Shown here: one piece after another, positions 47,754-56,516 of the stretch
Numbering within the stretch: the first letter of the stretch is position 1
How the letters are laid out: each line of letters begins with the position of its first letter
From: Polyangiaceae bacterium
GTDB taxonomy: Bacteria > Myxococcota_A > Polyangia > Polyangiales > Polyangiaceae
Length of the DNA: 64,000 nt
Assembly: GCA_965222375.1 (NCBI GenBank)
Contig: CBDCTZ010000016.1
Location: 1,440,001-1,504,000 of the forward strand
Direction of reading: 5' to 3'
Program-made: the position numbers and the translations under genes
Notes under the pieces: generated by a model
Databases searched by the model: none
What the model saw: the letters and a program-made list of their open reading frames with translations, nothing else
What the model was told of the DNA's origin: nothing

Positions 47754-49843
47754 GTGACGACAACGACCTGAGTGACGAGGCGCCCCCGGAAATCCCGGAT
47801 ATTTCCTCGGATCCGCCCCCGGCGCCATCGGTGCCACCGGCGGCGTCTCAGTCTCCGGATGACGGCGCGCCAAGCGATCTACCGCCGGATAGTGAGCCAG
47901 ATCCTTTCGACATCGAGGTCGAAGAAGAGGAAGTCGAGGTTCACGTAGCGGAACCCGTGGAAGTGGTTGCCGACAAGCCGGTCAGTAAGCCTCCACCCCG
48001 GCGTAAGCGCGGAAAGCGCAATACCATCCCGCAGACCCCCGTCGCCCGCGCGAGTGTGCGGCCGCCCGAGCCCATTGAGGAATTGACACCGGACTCCTTG
48101 AAGCCTCCGAAGGCGCCACGCATTGACGTTCCCGACGAGCCCGCACCGAGCGCCCAGGCGCCGCCATCTGCTCCACCCCGCGCTGGCTCGGAGCCCCCTC
48201 GACCCGGTTCGGTGCCACCACGTCCAGTCTCGGCTCCGCCGCGCCCGCTCTCGAATCCTCCGCTGGCACCCTCACAGCCCCCGGTGGCCAAGTCGGAACC
48301 ACCTGTCGCCAAGTCGGAACTGCGCAAGGTGTCAGAGCCCCCGCCAACCACCAAGCTGCCATCGGCCGCAAAAGGTGAAGACGACGAAGAGTCCCCGTGG
48401 CCGCCGCTGACCCAGGACGACGTCGAACGAGGCCTCGCGGAGCGCGCTGCTGCCAAGTCCGGTTCCCAGCCCCCACAGGCAGATGCCGCGGCCACTGACG
48501 ACGACGAAGAGTCGCCACCCTCCGCGGCGACGTCGTACCCGCCGCCGCCCATGCAGGAGACGCCCGAGCCTCGTGCCCGCCCGGTGAAAGCCGCGAGGAT
48601 CATCCACGCTAGGAAAGACGGCACGCCGGCTGCAATGGAAGAGCGCCCGCCGGTGACCGCAGAATCAGCCCCAGGGGGGGCGGATACCGGTTCTTTGGCG
48701 GATACGCCTGTGGAGACCCCCGCGGTGACCGTTCCACTCCCCGGGGCATCGGGCGCGCCACCCGTGGCGGCCCCGGCGACTCCGCAGGAACTTGAAGGCG
48801 CCGAGGAACTCACAGACGACGACATCGCCCCCGAGTCGGACGAGACGCCTCAAGAGGATGCTCTCGAGCTGCGCGATTCCGACGTCGGTGAAGAGCCGGA
48901 CGACGAGCACGACGACATCGACGTCGTCGTAGAGGAGCCCCAGAGGGAATCTGCGGACGACGGCGGAGCGAAGCCGCCACCACCGCCCAGGCGAAGTGCC
49001 TTCGAAGAAGCGCGCCGACTCGCCCAGCAGAAGGCAGAAGCCCGTCGTGCGGCGGAGGAAGCCAAACGGGCGGCTGCAGCTGCGGATCAGAAGCGACCGA
49101 GGCGCGCTTGGTGGGAGGAGTTGTTCGGCGAGGACTTCGCTCGGGCCGCCGGCACGCTGACGGATTCGCAGGTCACTCGCGAAGCGGACTTCATCGAGGA
49201 GTCATTGGGCATTGCTAAAGGCGGTGTGGTCCTCGATCTGGGTTGTGGTGCCGGCTACCACGCAGTGGACCTGGCACGCCGAGGTTATGGGCTTGTAGGA
49301 TACGATCTGTCACTGCACCAGCTGGCACTGGCGGCCGACGTGGCCCAGCAGTCTGGAGAGAAGTTGAATCTGCTCCAGGGTGACATGCGAGAGATGGCCT
49401 TCGAGGAGATGTTCGACGGTATCTACTGCTGGAACACGAGTTTCGGCTACTTCGAAGAGGACAAGAACTACAACGTCGCCGAGCGCATATTCCGCGCGTT
49501 GCGCCCGGGCGGCATGTTCTTGCTCGATGTTGCGAATCGAGACTTCGTCGTCGCGCATCAGCCGGGTCAAACGTGGTTCGAAGGCGACGCTTGCGTGTGC
49601 ATGGACGACATGAATGTTGACTTCATCACGAGTCGCCTTCGCGTCAAGCGGTCTCTCATTTTGGATGATGGTCGCAGTATGGAGTGCAACTACTCCATCC
49701 GACTCTATGGCCTCCACGAACTCGGGAAGATCCTTCACGATGTCGGCTTCCGGGTCACCGAGGCAAGCGGTCACCCGTCGACACCCGGTGTCTTTTTTGG
49801 GGCTAGCTCGCCGCGGATCATCATACTGGCGCAACGGCCCTAG
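47750..49843 (+). CDS. Class I SAM methyltransferase with about 450 aa acidic/Pro-rich disordered N-terminus
   Basis: 'VLDLGCGAGYHA', 'GDMRE', 'NTSFGYF', 'LRPGGMFLLD'. Confidence 0.88.
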   Translation: MSDDNDLSDEAPPEIPDISSDPPPAPSVPPAASQSPDDGAPSDLPPDSEPDPFDIEVEEEEVEVHVAEPVEVVADKPVSKPPPRRKRGKRNTIPQTPVARASVRPPEPIEELTPDSLKPPKAPRIDVPDEPAPSAQAPPSAPPRAGSEPPRPGSVPPRPVSAPPRPLSNPPLAPSQPPVAKSEPPVAKSELRKVSEPPPTTKLPSAAKGEDDEESPWPPLTQDDVERGLAERAAAKSGSQPPQADAAATDDDEESPPSAATSYPPPPMQETPEPRARPVKAARIIHARKDGTPAAMEERPPVTAESAPGGADTGSLADTPVETPAVTVPLPGASGAPPVAAPATPQELEGAEELTDDDIAPESDETPQEDALELRDSDVGEEPDDEHDDIDVVVEEPQRESADDGGAKPPPPPRRSAFEEARRLAQQKAEARRAAEEAKRAAAAADQKRPRRAWWEELFGEDFARAAGTLTDSQVTREADFIEESLGIAKGGVVLDLGCGAGYHAVDLARRGYGLVGYDLSLHQLALAADVAQQSGEKLNLLQGDMREMAFEEMFDGIYCWNTSFGYFEEDKNYNVAERIFRALRPGGMFLLDVANRDFVVAHQPGQTWFEGDACVCMDDMNVDFITSRLRVKRSLILDDGRSMECNYSIRLYGLHELGKILHDVGFRVTEASGHPSTPGVFFGASSPRIIILAQRP

Positions 49844-49847
49844 GCCG

Positions 49848-50228
49848 CTATTCGCAGTAGACGCCGCCGGACTTCTCGCTACAGGCACATTGCGCGCCGA
49901 GGACCTTCGACAAGCACCGACAACTTGGCTGCGCTGCACACTCTGGTAGCCAGCCGCAAGCTGCGCCTCCCGCTGCTTTCTCGTCGCAGTAGAAGCCCTT
50001 CGGGCACATGCCCTCACCGCAGAGAAAACAGCTCCCGTCGTCGCAGCGGGGGGCTGGTGGGGCTGCTGAGCTTTCCTCGCTCGAAGTCTCGCTCTGCCCC
50101 GATTCGCCGTCAGAGCTGGGTGAGTCGGTTCCAGGCGTAGCGCCCGGCGTGCCCGTGGTGGCACCGCCGCAGGCGCCCACGCCAATTAGGCCGATTGCGA
50201 CTAGAAGCCTCGAGTCTCGCACGCACAA
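49848..50228 (-). CDS. Small Cys-rich lipoprotein
   Basis: 'IGVGAC' lipobox; 10 Cys in the last ~55 aa; start uncertain. Confidence 0.65.
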   Translation of the reverse strand: MCVRDSRLLVAIGLIGVGACGGATTGTPGATPGTDSPSSDGESGQSETSSEESSAAPPAPRCDDGSCFLCGEGMCPKGFYCDEKAAGGAACGWLPECAAQPSCRCLSKVLGAQCACSEKSGGVYCE

Positions 50229-50267
50229 AGGTATACGCCCCGCGCAGCGTTCGCTACAACCCCGATA

Positions 50268-52286
50268 GTGGATTTGCCCCGAGTGGTAGCGGACGCAGTG
50301 CCCGGCCTGCGGGTCAGCGCTAGTTTGCCGGATCGCGTGGCCTACGCCCGGGATCTTTGGCCGCGCAGGTTGATCGAGACTCGGGCAGGTCGAGTCGAGC
50401 GTCAGCCTAGCTGTGTCGTGTGGCCGCGTACTGTCGAATCCGTCGTGCGCCTGGTGAACTTTGCGCGGCAGGAAGGGATCCCGATCGTGCCCTACGGCGC
50501 GGGCAGCGGCGTATGCGGCGCCGTGTACCCGGACGATCGCACCATCGTGGTGGACGTCAAAGAAATGGCCGGGTTCAGCGTGGACCCAGAGGTGCCCCTA
50601 CTGGACGTCGGGGCGGGTGCCGTTGGCATCACTCTGGAAGAGGACGTCAACCGACAGGGGTTCACCATCGGGCATTTCCCTTCGAGCATCTTGTGTTCGA
50701 CGGCAGGTGGTTGGATCGCAGCGCGGGGCGCGGGGCAGTGCTCGGGGCTGTACGGCAAGATTGAGGACATGGTGGAGTCCGTCGAGTGCGTGCTCGGCAC
50801 CGGCGACGTCGTGACGTTTCAGCGGCGTCAGGATGGCCCCAACATGGTGCCCTTCATCGTCGGTAGTGAGGGCACCTTGGGCGTGATCACCCGCGCGCGC
50901 TTACGCCTGCACCCCCTGGCCAAGGCCCGGGCATTCTTGGCATTTTCGTTTCCGGATATCAGTTCCGGCTGGGAGGCGATGCGGGCGGTGTTTCAAGCCG
51001 GGCTCCGCCCGGCAGTGGCTCGGTTGTACGACCCGATCGATTCGGCACTGATGCGTCAGGGCACAGTGAAGGCGACCATGAGCGGCGCTGCGGAAGAAAA
51101 GCACGGCCCCAGCCAGACCGAGCGCCTGATGGGAGTGCTTAAACGGGCGCTCAAGGTGCCGAAGCTACTCAACTTCGCGATTCAGGCGGCCGAGGGCAAC
51201 CTGTTGCCTAGTGCGACCCTCGTATTCGTGTTCGAGGGCGAGGCGGAGCACACCGAAGATGACGCCGCCCGCACCACGGCGATCTGCAACAAGGCTGGTG
51301 CCAAGGCCCTGGGCGAAGGCCCAGCGCGGCGTTGGTACGAGCACCGCTATGGCGTCAGCTACCGCCAGTCCCCGGTGTTTCGGGCCGGTGCGTTCAGCGA
51401 CACGATGGAGGTCGCCGCGCCCTGGTCTCGTCTACATACCCTATATGACGCAGTCCGCGAGGCCCTCGGTCGGCACGTCTTGGTCATGGCGCATCTGTCC
51501 CATGCCTATCCTGACGGTTGCAGCATCTACTTCACGTTCTCCGGAATAGGTAGGGACGACGCGGACGCCCTCGCCAAGTACGACCGCGCTTGGCGCGCCG
51601 CTCTGGATGCGGCGATCGAGGCGGGAGGTACGCTGAGTCACCATCACGGTGTTGGGCGTAGCAAGGCACCCAAGCTGGGCGCAGAACTCGGCTACGGCGT
51701 CGAGCTGATCCGGCGCTTGATGCGTGCTTGGGACCCCTCGGGCATTTTCAATCCCGGCGCCCTGGCGGAGCGGGATGCATCGAGTCCCAAAACCATCGAG
51801 CCCCCCGGGCCGGTGCGGGCGCAGATCGACAGTCATTCGCTGACGGCGACGCTGCCCGGGGACATGCCCCTAGGGGTGGCGGAGGAGTTGGTTCAAGCCG
51901 AAGGCTTGTCTTTGGGAGTCGTTCTCGACGACCGCACCGATCTCGGGATTGGGGAGTTCGTCGCTCAGGGCATGCCTGGAGCCAGAGATCCCTGGGACGA
52001 CCCTGTCGACCAGTCCCTTTCGGGGCTCACAGCGCATCTGAACAACGGGCAGTACGTGTCGATTCGCTCGGCTCCCCGGCGCGCAGTGGGGCCCGATCTC
52101 ATTCCTCTGTTCGCGGGTGCCGGCGGCGAGATGGGCGTCGTGCAGGGGGCTACGCTACGCGTGGTTCCGAACCAAGCCGTCGCGTCCAGGGTGCTGCCCT
52201 TCGCGGCGGCCCGCAATCCCCAGTCCACGTCAGAAGAGCAGCAGGCTTGGGATCGCGTCGTGCGGGAAGTCAACGCGGCGACTTGA
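50268..52286 (+). CDS. FAD-linked oxidoreductase, alkyl-dihydroxyacetonephosphate-synthase-like, with extra degenerate C-terminal FAD-binding-like domain
   Basis: 'PYGAGSGV', 'GHFPSS..CSTAGGWIA.RGAGQ.S..YGKIED', 'GSEGTLGVIT', 'HLSHAYPDGCSIYF', 'SHHHGVG'. Confidence 0.85.
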   Translation: MDLPRVVADAVPGLRVSASLPDRVAYARDLWPRRLIETRAGRVERQPSCVVWPRTVESVVRLVNFARQEGIPIVPYGAGSGVCGAVYPDDRTIVVDVKEMAGFSVDPEVPLLDVGAGAVGITLEEDVNRQGFTIGHFPSSILCSTAGGWIAARGAGQCSGLYGKIEDMVESVECVLGTGDVVTFQRRQDGPNMVPFIVGSEGTLGVITRARLRLHPLAKARAFLAFSFPDISSGWEAMRAVFQAGLRPAVARLYDPIDSALMRQGTVKATMSGAAEEKHGPSQTERLMGVLKRALKVPKLLNFAIQAAEGNLLPSATLVFVFEGEAEHTEDDAARTTAICNKAGAKALGEGPARRWYEHRYGVSYRQSPVFRAGAFSDTMEVAAPWSRLHTLYDAVREALGRHVLVMAHLSHAYPDGCSIYFTFSGIGRDDADALAKYDRAWRAALDAAIEAGGTLSHHHGVGRSKAPKLGAELGYGVELIRRLMRAWDPSGIFNPGALAERDASSPKTIEPPGPVRAQIDSHSLTATLPGDMPLGVAEELVQAEGLSLGVVLDDRTDLGIGEFVAQGMPGARDPWDDPVDQSLSGLTAHLNNGQYVSIRSAPRRAVGPDLIPLFAGAGGEMGVVQGATLRVVPNQAVASRVLPFAAARNPQSTSEEQQAWDRVVREVNAAT

Positions 52287-52288
52287 AC

Positions 52289-52702
52289 CTAGCCGGAAAG
52301 GTCTGGCGCGAGGCGGCTCAGGGCCTGTTCGACTCGCTGCTTGTCCGGCTCCTCCAGGTCTGAATGCCCGGCACGGTGCATCGCGTAGCGAAGCGTGGCG
52401 GCCTCCAGTGCGGAGAGCGCCGTCGTGCGTTCGAACATGAGATCTGGAACCCGGAGCCGCAGCAAGACCTGTCCGTCATCCAGAACGCGCTCACCCACGA
52501 TCTCGCCCTGAGGGCGGCCGTCCGCTAGCAGGTGTCGGATGATTCCGCGTACTCGCGCCGCGCGTCGCCGAACGAGCCTTGCTTCAGGCTTGGTGAACAG
52601 ATCGAAGAAGCGATTCCGTGCGAAGGTGTGGGGCGCGAGTACGAGAGCGCACAGCAGGCCATCCAAGTCGATATCCAGCTTGGGTGCCGTCTGCTCCGTC
52701 AC
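52289..52702 (-). CDS. Hypothetical protein
   Basis: GTG start overlaps the prfA stop (GTGA); 'LVLAPHTFARNRFFDLF...RRRAARVRGI'. Confidence 0.7.
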   Translation of the reverse strand: MTEQTAPKLDIDLDGLLCALVLAPHTFARNRFFDLFTKPEARLVRRRAARVRGIIRHLLADGRPQGEIVGERVLDDGQVLLRLRVPDLMFERTTALSALEAATLRYAMHRAGHSDLEEPDKQRVEQALSRLAPDLSG

Positions 52703-53784
52703 GCTATTCCCGCGGCCTCTTTCTTTGAAGCTTCCAAAGCTTCCGCCTGGTGCCACGCTACCAGTGCGGACAATAATTCGTCCAGCTCACCGTCCACGAC
52801 CCGCTCGAGCTTGTACAGGGTCAGACCAATGCGGTGATCCGTCAGACGGTTCTGTGGGAAGTTGTAGGTGCGTATCTTCTCCGAGCGATCACCGCCGCCG
52901 ACCATGCCGCGCCGCTCGTCTCGAATGGCGTCTGCCTGCTTCTGCTGCTCGATGTCGTACAGACGGCTGCGAAGAACCTTGAGGGCCTTGGCCTTGTTTT
53001 TCAACTGACTTCGCTCGTCTTGGCACTTGACGATCATGCCCGTCGGTAGATGCGTGATCTGCACCGCGCTATTCGTCGTATTGACTCCCTGCCCACCCGG
53101 GCCACCGCTGGCGGCGATGTCGAATCGCAAATCCTTCTCGTCGAGCTGCAGCTCCACCTCCTCGGCCTCGGGCAAGACTGCAACCGTCGCGGTCGAGGTG
53201 TGAATGCGCCCCTGGGCCTCTGTGCTCGGCACCCGCTGGACTCGGTGCACTCCGCCCTCGTACTTCAAGCTGGAAAACACCCGAGTGCCCGTCACCAGGG
53301 CGATGACCTCCTTGAAGCCACCCGCGGACGCTTCGCTCGTGGACATGAGCTCCACCTTCCAGCCCCGGCGCTCGGCGAAACGGGAGTACATGCGAAACAA
53401 ATCCGCCGCAAACAGTGCCGCCTCCTCGCCGCCGGTACCCGCGCGGATTTCCAGGATGGTGTCCTTCTCGTCGTTGGGGTCCTGGGGCAGGAGCAGAAGC
53501 TGAATGGCCTGGGAGAGTTCTTCCTGCTGCGCTTCCAGTTCAGGCAGCTCCTCTCGCGCGAGGGGCCCTAGCTCGGGGTCATCCAGCGCCTCTCGGTCTT
53601 CGGCGATCTGCTTTTCTAGAAGTTGCCACTTGCCAAAGGCTTCCACGACTGGGCCCAGCTGGGTGCGCTCACGATTCAAGGAGCGCAGGGCGTCAGGGTC
53701 CGAGAGGACGCTCGGGTCGCAGAGCAGCTGCTCCACCTCCGCGTGGCGACGCACGATCTTGGCGAGCTTCTCCTGGGGGATCAC
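52699..53784 (-). CDS. prfA: Peptide chain release factor 1
   Basis: 'EIRAGTGGEEAALF', 'HRVQRVPSTE' (PxT), 'GPGGQ', 'IRTYNFPQNR'. Confidence 0.97.
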   Translation of the reverse strand: MIPQEKLAKIVRRHAEVEQLLCDPSVLSDPDALRSLNRERTQLGPVVEAFGKWQLLEKQIAEDREALDDPELGPLAREELPELEAQQEELSQAIQLLLLPQDPNDEKDTILEIRAGTGGEEAALFAADLFRMYSRFAERRGWKVELMSTSEASAGGFKEVIALVTGTRVFSSLKYEGGVHRVQRVPSTEAQGRIHTSTATVAVLPEAEEVELQLDEKDLRFDIAASGGPGGQGVNTTNSAVQITHLPTGMIVKCQDERSQLKNKAKALKVLRSRLYDIEQQKQADAIRDERRGMVGGGDRSEKIRTYNFPQNRLTDHRIGLTLYKLERVVDGELDELLSALVAWHQAEALEASKKEAAGIA

Positions 53785-53785
53785 G

Positions 53786-54925
53786 TCAGGCGCTCGCGGG
53801 CGTATTCGAGGCCAGAGCGTCGAAACCCTCGAAAGTCGCCTCGCCGTTTTCCGCCAGCGGTGCCTCGCCCACTTCTCGCCGCAAGGTTGCCCGGAGAGCC
53901 GCCAAAGCGACTTCCATCTGAGAGTCCTCGGGCTCGATGGTGGTGATCTTCTGCACCACGAAACCCGGAGCCAACAAGAAGCGAAGTGGGCCTTCGGACC
54001 GCCTTGCCAAGAAGCGCTGCAGCTCGAAGGTGATGGCGGCGATGACGGGCAAAAATGGGAGCTTGATCAAGAAGAACGCCACGTTGTCAGCGAGCTTGCC
54101 CAAGCCAATTTGAGGGAGCAGTGGGCCCGCGGCGCTAAAAACGATGATGGAGACGAGAGCGACCATGACGAGGAACGTCGTGCCGCAGCGAGGATGCAGC
54201 GTCGTCTTGGCGCGTGCGTTATCTAGGGTCAACTCTTCGCCGGACTCGTAAGTGTAAATCGCCTTGTGTTCGGCGCCGTGGTACTGGAACACGCGATAGA
54301 TTTCCGGCAGCCGACGAATCGCGAGCATGTAGCCGACGACGATGGTCAGCTTCGCAATGCCGGTGAGCACTTGAAAGCCCACGCTTCGCACATCCAGGCC
54401 AAGCCCGAATACACGACTGGTTCCTTCAGCAAACGCCTGAGGCAGCGCGACGAACAGCACGAGGGCGAAGAGGATGGACAGCAGCGTGAAGAACTTCTTG
54501 CCTCGGTCGTCACCCGCACGTGGCGTATCACCGCCATCCTGAGTGGCCAGGGCAATGATGGGCATCGAAAGCAGAGCCAGGGTGCTCGGTGGCTTGGGTT
54601 TCGAATCGAGCTTTGCCTGTTCCTTTTCTTTCTCTTCTTCTTCCAGATCTTGCTCGTACAGATCAGCAGAGAAGCGCAGACAGCGGCTGCCGAGCTTCAG
54701 CGCTTCCACCAGAGTCACGACTCCTCGCACCAAGGGGTAGCCTTTGTACCCGGTGCGCGGGTCGCTCATCTCTTCTTCCCGCACGACCAAAGCACCCGAT
54801 CGGCGTCGAACGACCGCCGCGTAGGACCGCGGCGAGCGCATCATCACGCCCTCGATGAGCGCTTGACCCCCGATGTAGGGGCGCGCGACTCCATCAGGAC
54901 CAAGGACCGGCGGTTGGTTTGACAC
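53786..54925 (-). CDS. DUF1385 domain membrane protein
   Basis: 'IGGQALIEGVMMR', 'FQYHGAEHK', 'HPRCGTTF', 'QKITTIEP'. Confidence 0.92.
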   Translation of the reverse strand: MSNQPPVLGPDGVARPYIGGQALIEGVMMRSPRSYAAVVRRRSGALVVREEEMSDPRTGYKGYPLVRGVVTLVEALKLGSRCLRFSADLYEQDLEEEEKEKEQAKLDSKPKPPSTLALLSMPIIALATQDGGDTPRAGDDRGKKFFTLLSILFALVLFVALPQAFAEGTSRVFGLGLDVRSVGFQVLTGIAKLTIVVGYMLAIRRLPEIYRVFQYHGAEHKAIYTYESGEELTLDNARAKTTLHPRCGTTFLVMVALVSIIVFSAAGPLLPQIGLGKLADNVAFFLIKLPFLPVIAAITFELQRFLARRSEGPLRFLLAPGFVVQKITTIEPEDSQMEVALAALRATLRREVGEAPLAENGEATFEGFDALASNTPASA

Positions 54926-54994
54926 GAGATCAACTATAGCGCGGCGAGGCCCGGATCATCAGGGGGCCCCGCAGACGCCGCTTCGAGGCCGATT

Positions 54995-55204
54995 TCAGGT
55001 GGTCGGATGACCGTACTTCTTGCGGAAGCGGTCGATTCGACCCTGGGTGTCCATCAGGCGCTGCTTGCCCGTGTAAAACGGGTGGCAGGCGCCGCACACG
55101 TCGACGGAAAGATCCGATCCCGACGTGGAACGCGTCTTGAACTCGTTGCCACATGCGCAATGCACTTTGACGACGTTGTACTCGGGGTGAATGCCTTCTT
55201 TCAT
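54995..55204 (-). CDS. rpmE: 50S ribosomal protein L31 (Zn-binding form)
   Basis: 'MKEGIHPEY...CACG...[12 protein letters not shown]...[10 protein letters not shown]'. Confidence 0.97.
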   Translation of the reverse strand: MKEGIHPEYNVVKVHCACGNEFKTRSTSGSDLSVDVCGACHPFYTGKQRLMDTQGRIDRFRKKYGHPTT

Positions 55205-55301
55205 CGCGTGCTCCGGAATCTTCCTTTTTGACCCAGTAGAGGGGCTCCATGGGCAGCGAGCAGCGGATGTCACGGCTTCTGCCCAGGGCAAAGGGGCGCG
55301 C

Positions 55302-55330
55302 AAGCTAGCGCCGGATGCCACCACTTTCAA
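55302..55330 (-). promoter_or_regulatory. sigma70-type promoter of the rpmE operon
   Basis: Minus strand TTGAAA-N17-TAGCTT. Confidence 0.6.
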
Positions 55331-55524
55331 GGACCTCGCTCCTCCGCGGGCGAATTTGGGCCTCGACAGGTGGCTCCAGGGCGGGTTGGGGACTATGTTC
55401 CGAGGCGTTCCTGCAGCTCAATTCTCGGTTGATCGTAGGTAACACCTTGAAATGAAAGACTATTTTTAGCAGCTTGGTTAACTTGACGTAACGTTAGTTA
55501 TCGCTCATTCCTGATGTACCAGTC

Positions 55525-56490
55525 ATGACAGACCCTAGCCGCCGGGATGCCCTGAAACGACTCGTCACCGCCAGCGCAGTGCTGGGTGGTAGCGCGCTGA
55601 CTGCGCGGCTGGCCTACGACGCGGGTGGTCTCGGTCTCGCCAAGGGTGCCGGAGAGCGCCAAGTGCGGGATTTCCGTGTCGGCGTCGGCGATGCCCCGAA
55701 GCTGGCCATCGCCAAGAGCAGTCAAGATCCAGCGGATCTGACCCGCAAAGCCATCGAGGCCCTAGGGGGCATGAAGCGATTCATTTCCAATGGCGACATC
55801 GTCGCCATCAAGCCGAATATCGGCTGGGACCGCATGCCCGTGCATGCGGCGAACACGAACCCCAAGGTGGTTGCGGAAGTCGTGCGCCTGGCCTTCGATG
55901 CGGGCGCGAAGAAGGTCATCGTGACGGACGCGTCTTGCAACGAGCCCAACCGCTGCTTCCAGCGTTCCGGGATTTGGCGCGCGACCTACGCACTGGGTGC
56001 GACGATCATCTTGCCTGCCGCGCATCGCTTTCGAGAAATCCGCATGCGAGGTGACGTTCTAGATCTTTGGCCGGTCTACACGCCATTGGTCAACGCCGAC
56101 AAGGTCATCAACATACCCGTCGCCAAGCACCACAACCTGAGCAAGTTCACTGCGGCGATGAAGAATTGGTACGGGCTCTTGGGGGGCCGCCGCAACCGGC
56201 TTCACCAGAACATCGACGTATCCATCGCGGACCTCGCGACCTTCATGCGCCCGTCCCTCACGGTCATGGACGCGACTCGCGTGCTGATGCGCAATGGGCC
56301 CCAAGGAGGCAACGTGGACGATGCCAAGGACATGCACCAAGTCGTGGCCGGCTTGGACGAGGTCGCCATTGACGCCTACGGCACCACGTTGATCGGCGAA
56401 AAGCCCGAGAACGTGAAGTACTTGAAGCTGGGGCACGATCGGGGCATCGGCAACATGAACTGGGAACAGCTCTCCCCCGTGGAGGTTTGA
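55525..56490 (+). CDS. DUF362 domain protein with twin-arginine signal
   Basis: 'SRRDALK'; 'VAIKPNIGW', 'TNPKVV', 'INIPVAKHH', 'MKNWYG'. Confidence 0.9.
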   Translation: MTDPSRRDALKRLVTASAVLGGSALTARLAYDAGGLGLAKGAGERQVRDFRVGVGDAPKLAIAKSSQDPADLTRKAIEALGGMKRFISNGDIVAIKPNIGWDRMPVHAANTNPKVVAEVVRLAFDAGAKKVIVTDASCNEPNRCFQRSGIWRATYALGATIILPAAHRFREIRMRGDVLDLWPVYTPLVNADKVINIPVAKHHNLSKFTAAMKNWYGLLGGRRNRLHQNIDVSIADLATFMRPSLTVMDATRVLMRNGPQGGNVDDAKDMHQVVAGLDEVAIDAYGTTLIGEKPENVKYLKLGHDRGIGNMNWEQLSPVEV

Positions 56491-56516
56491 CGCCATTGGC
56501 TTTCGGTTGAGGACGC

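Noticed and set aside
52699..53784. Release factor as prfB with programmed frameshift
   Set aside because: The ORF is continuous and has the PxT motif, not SPF, so it is RF1
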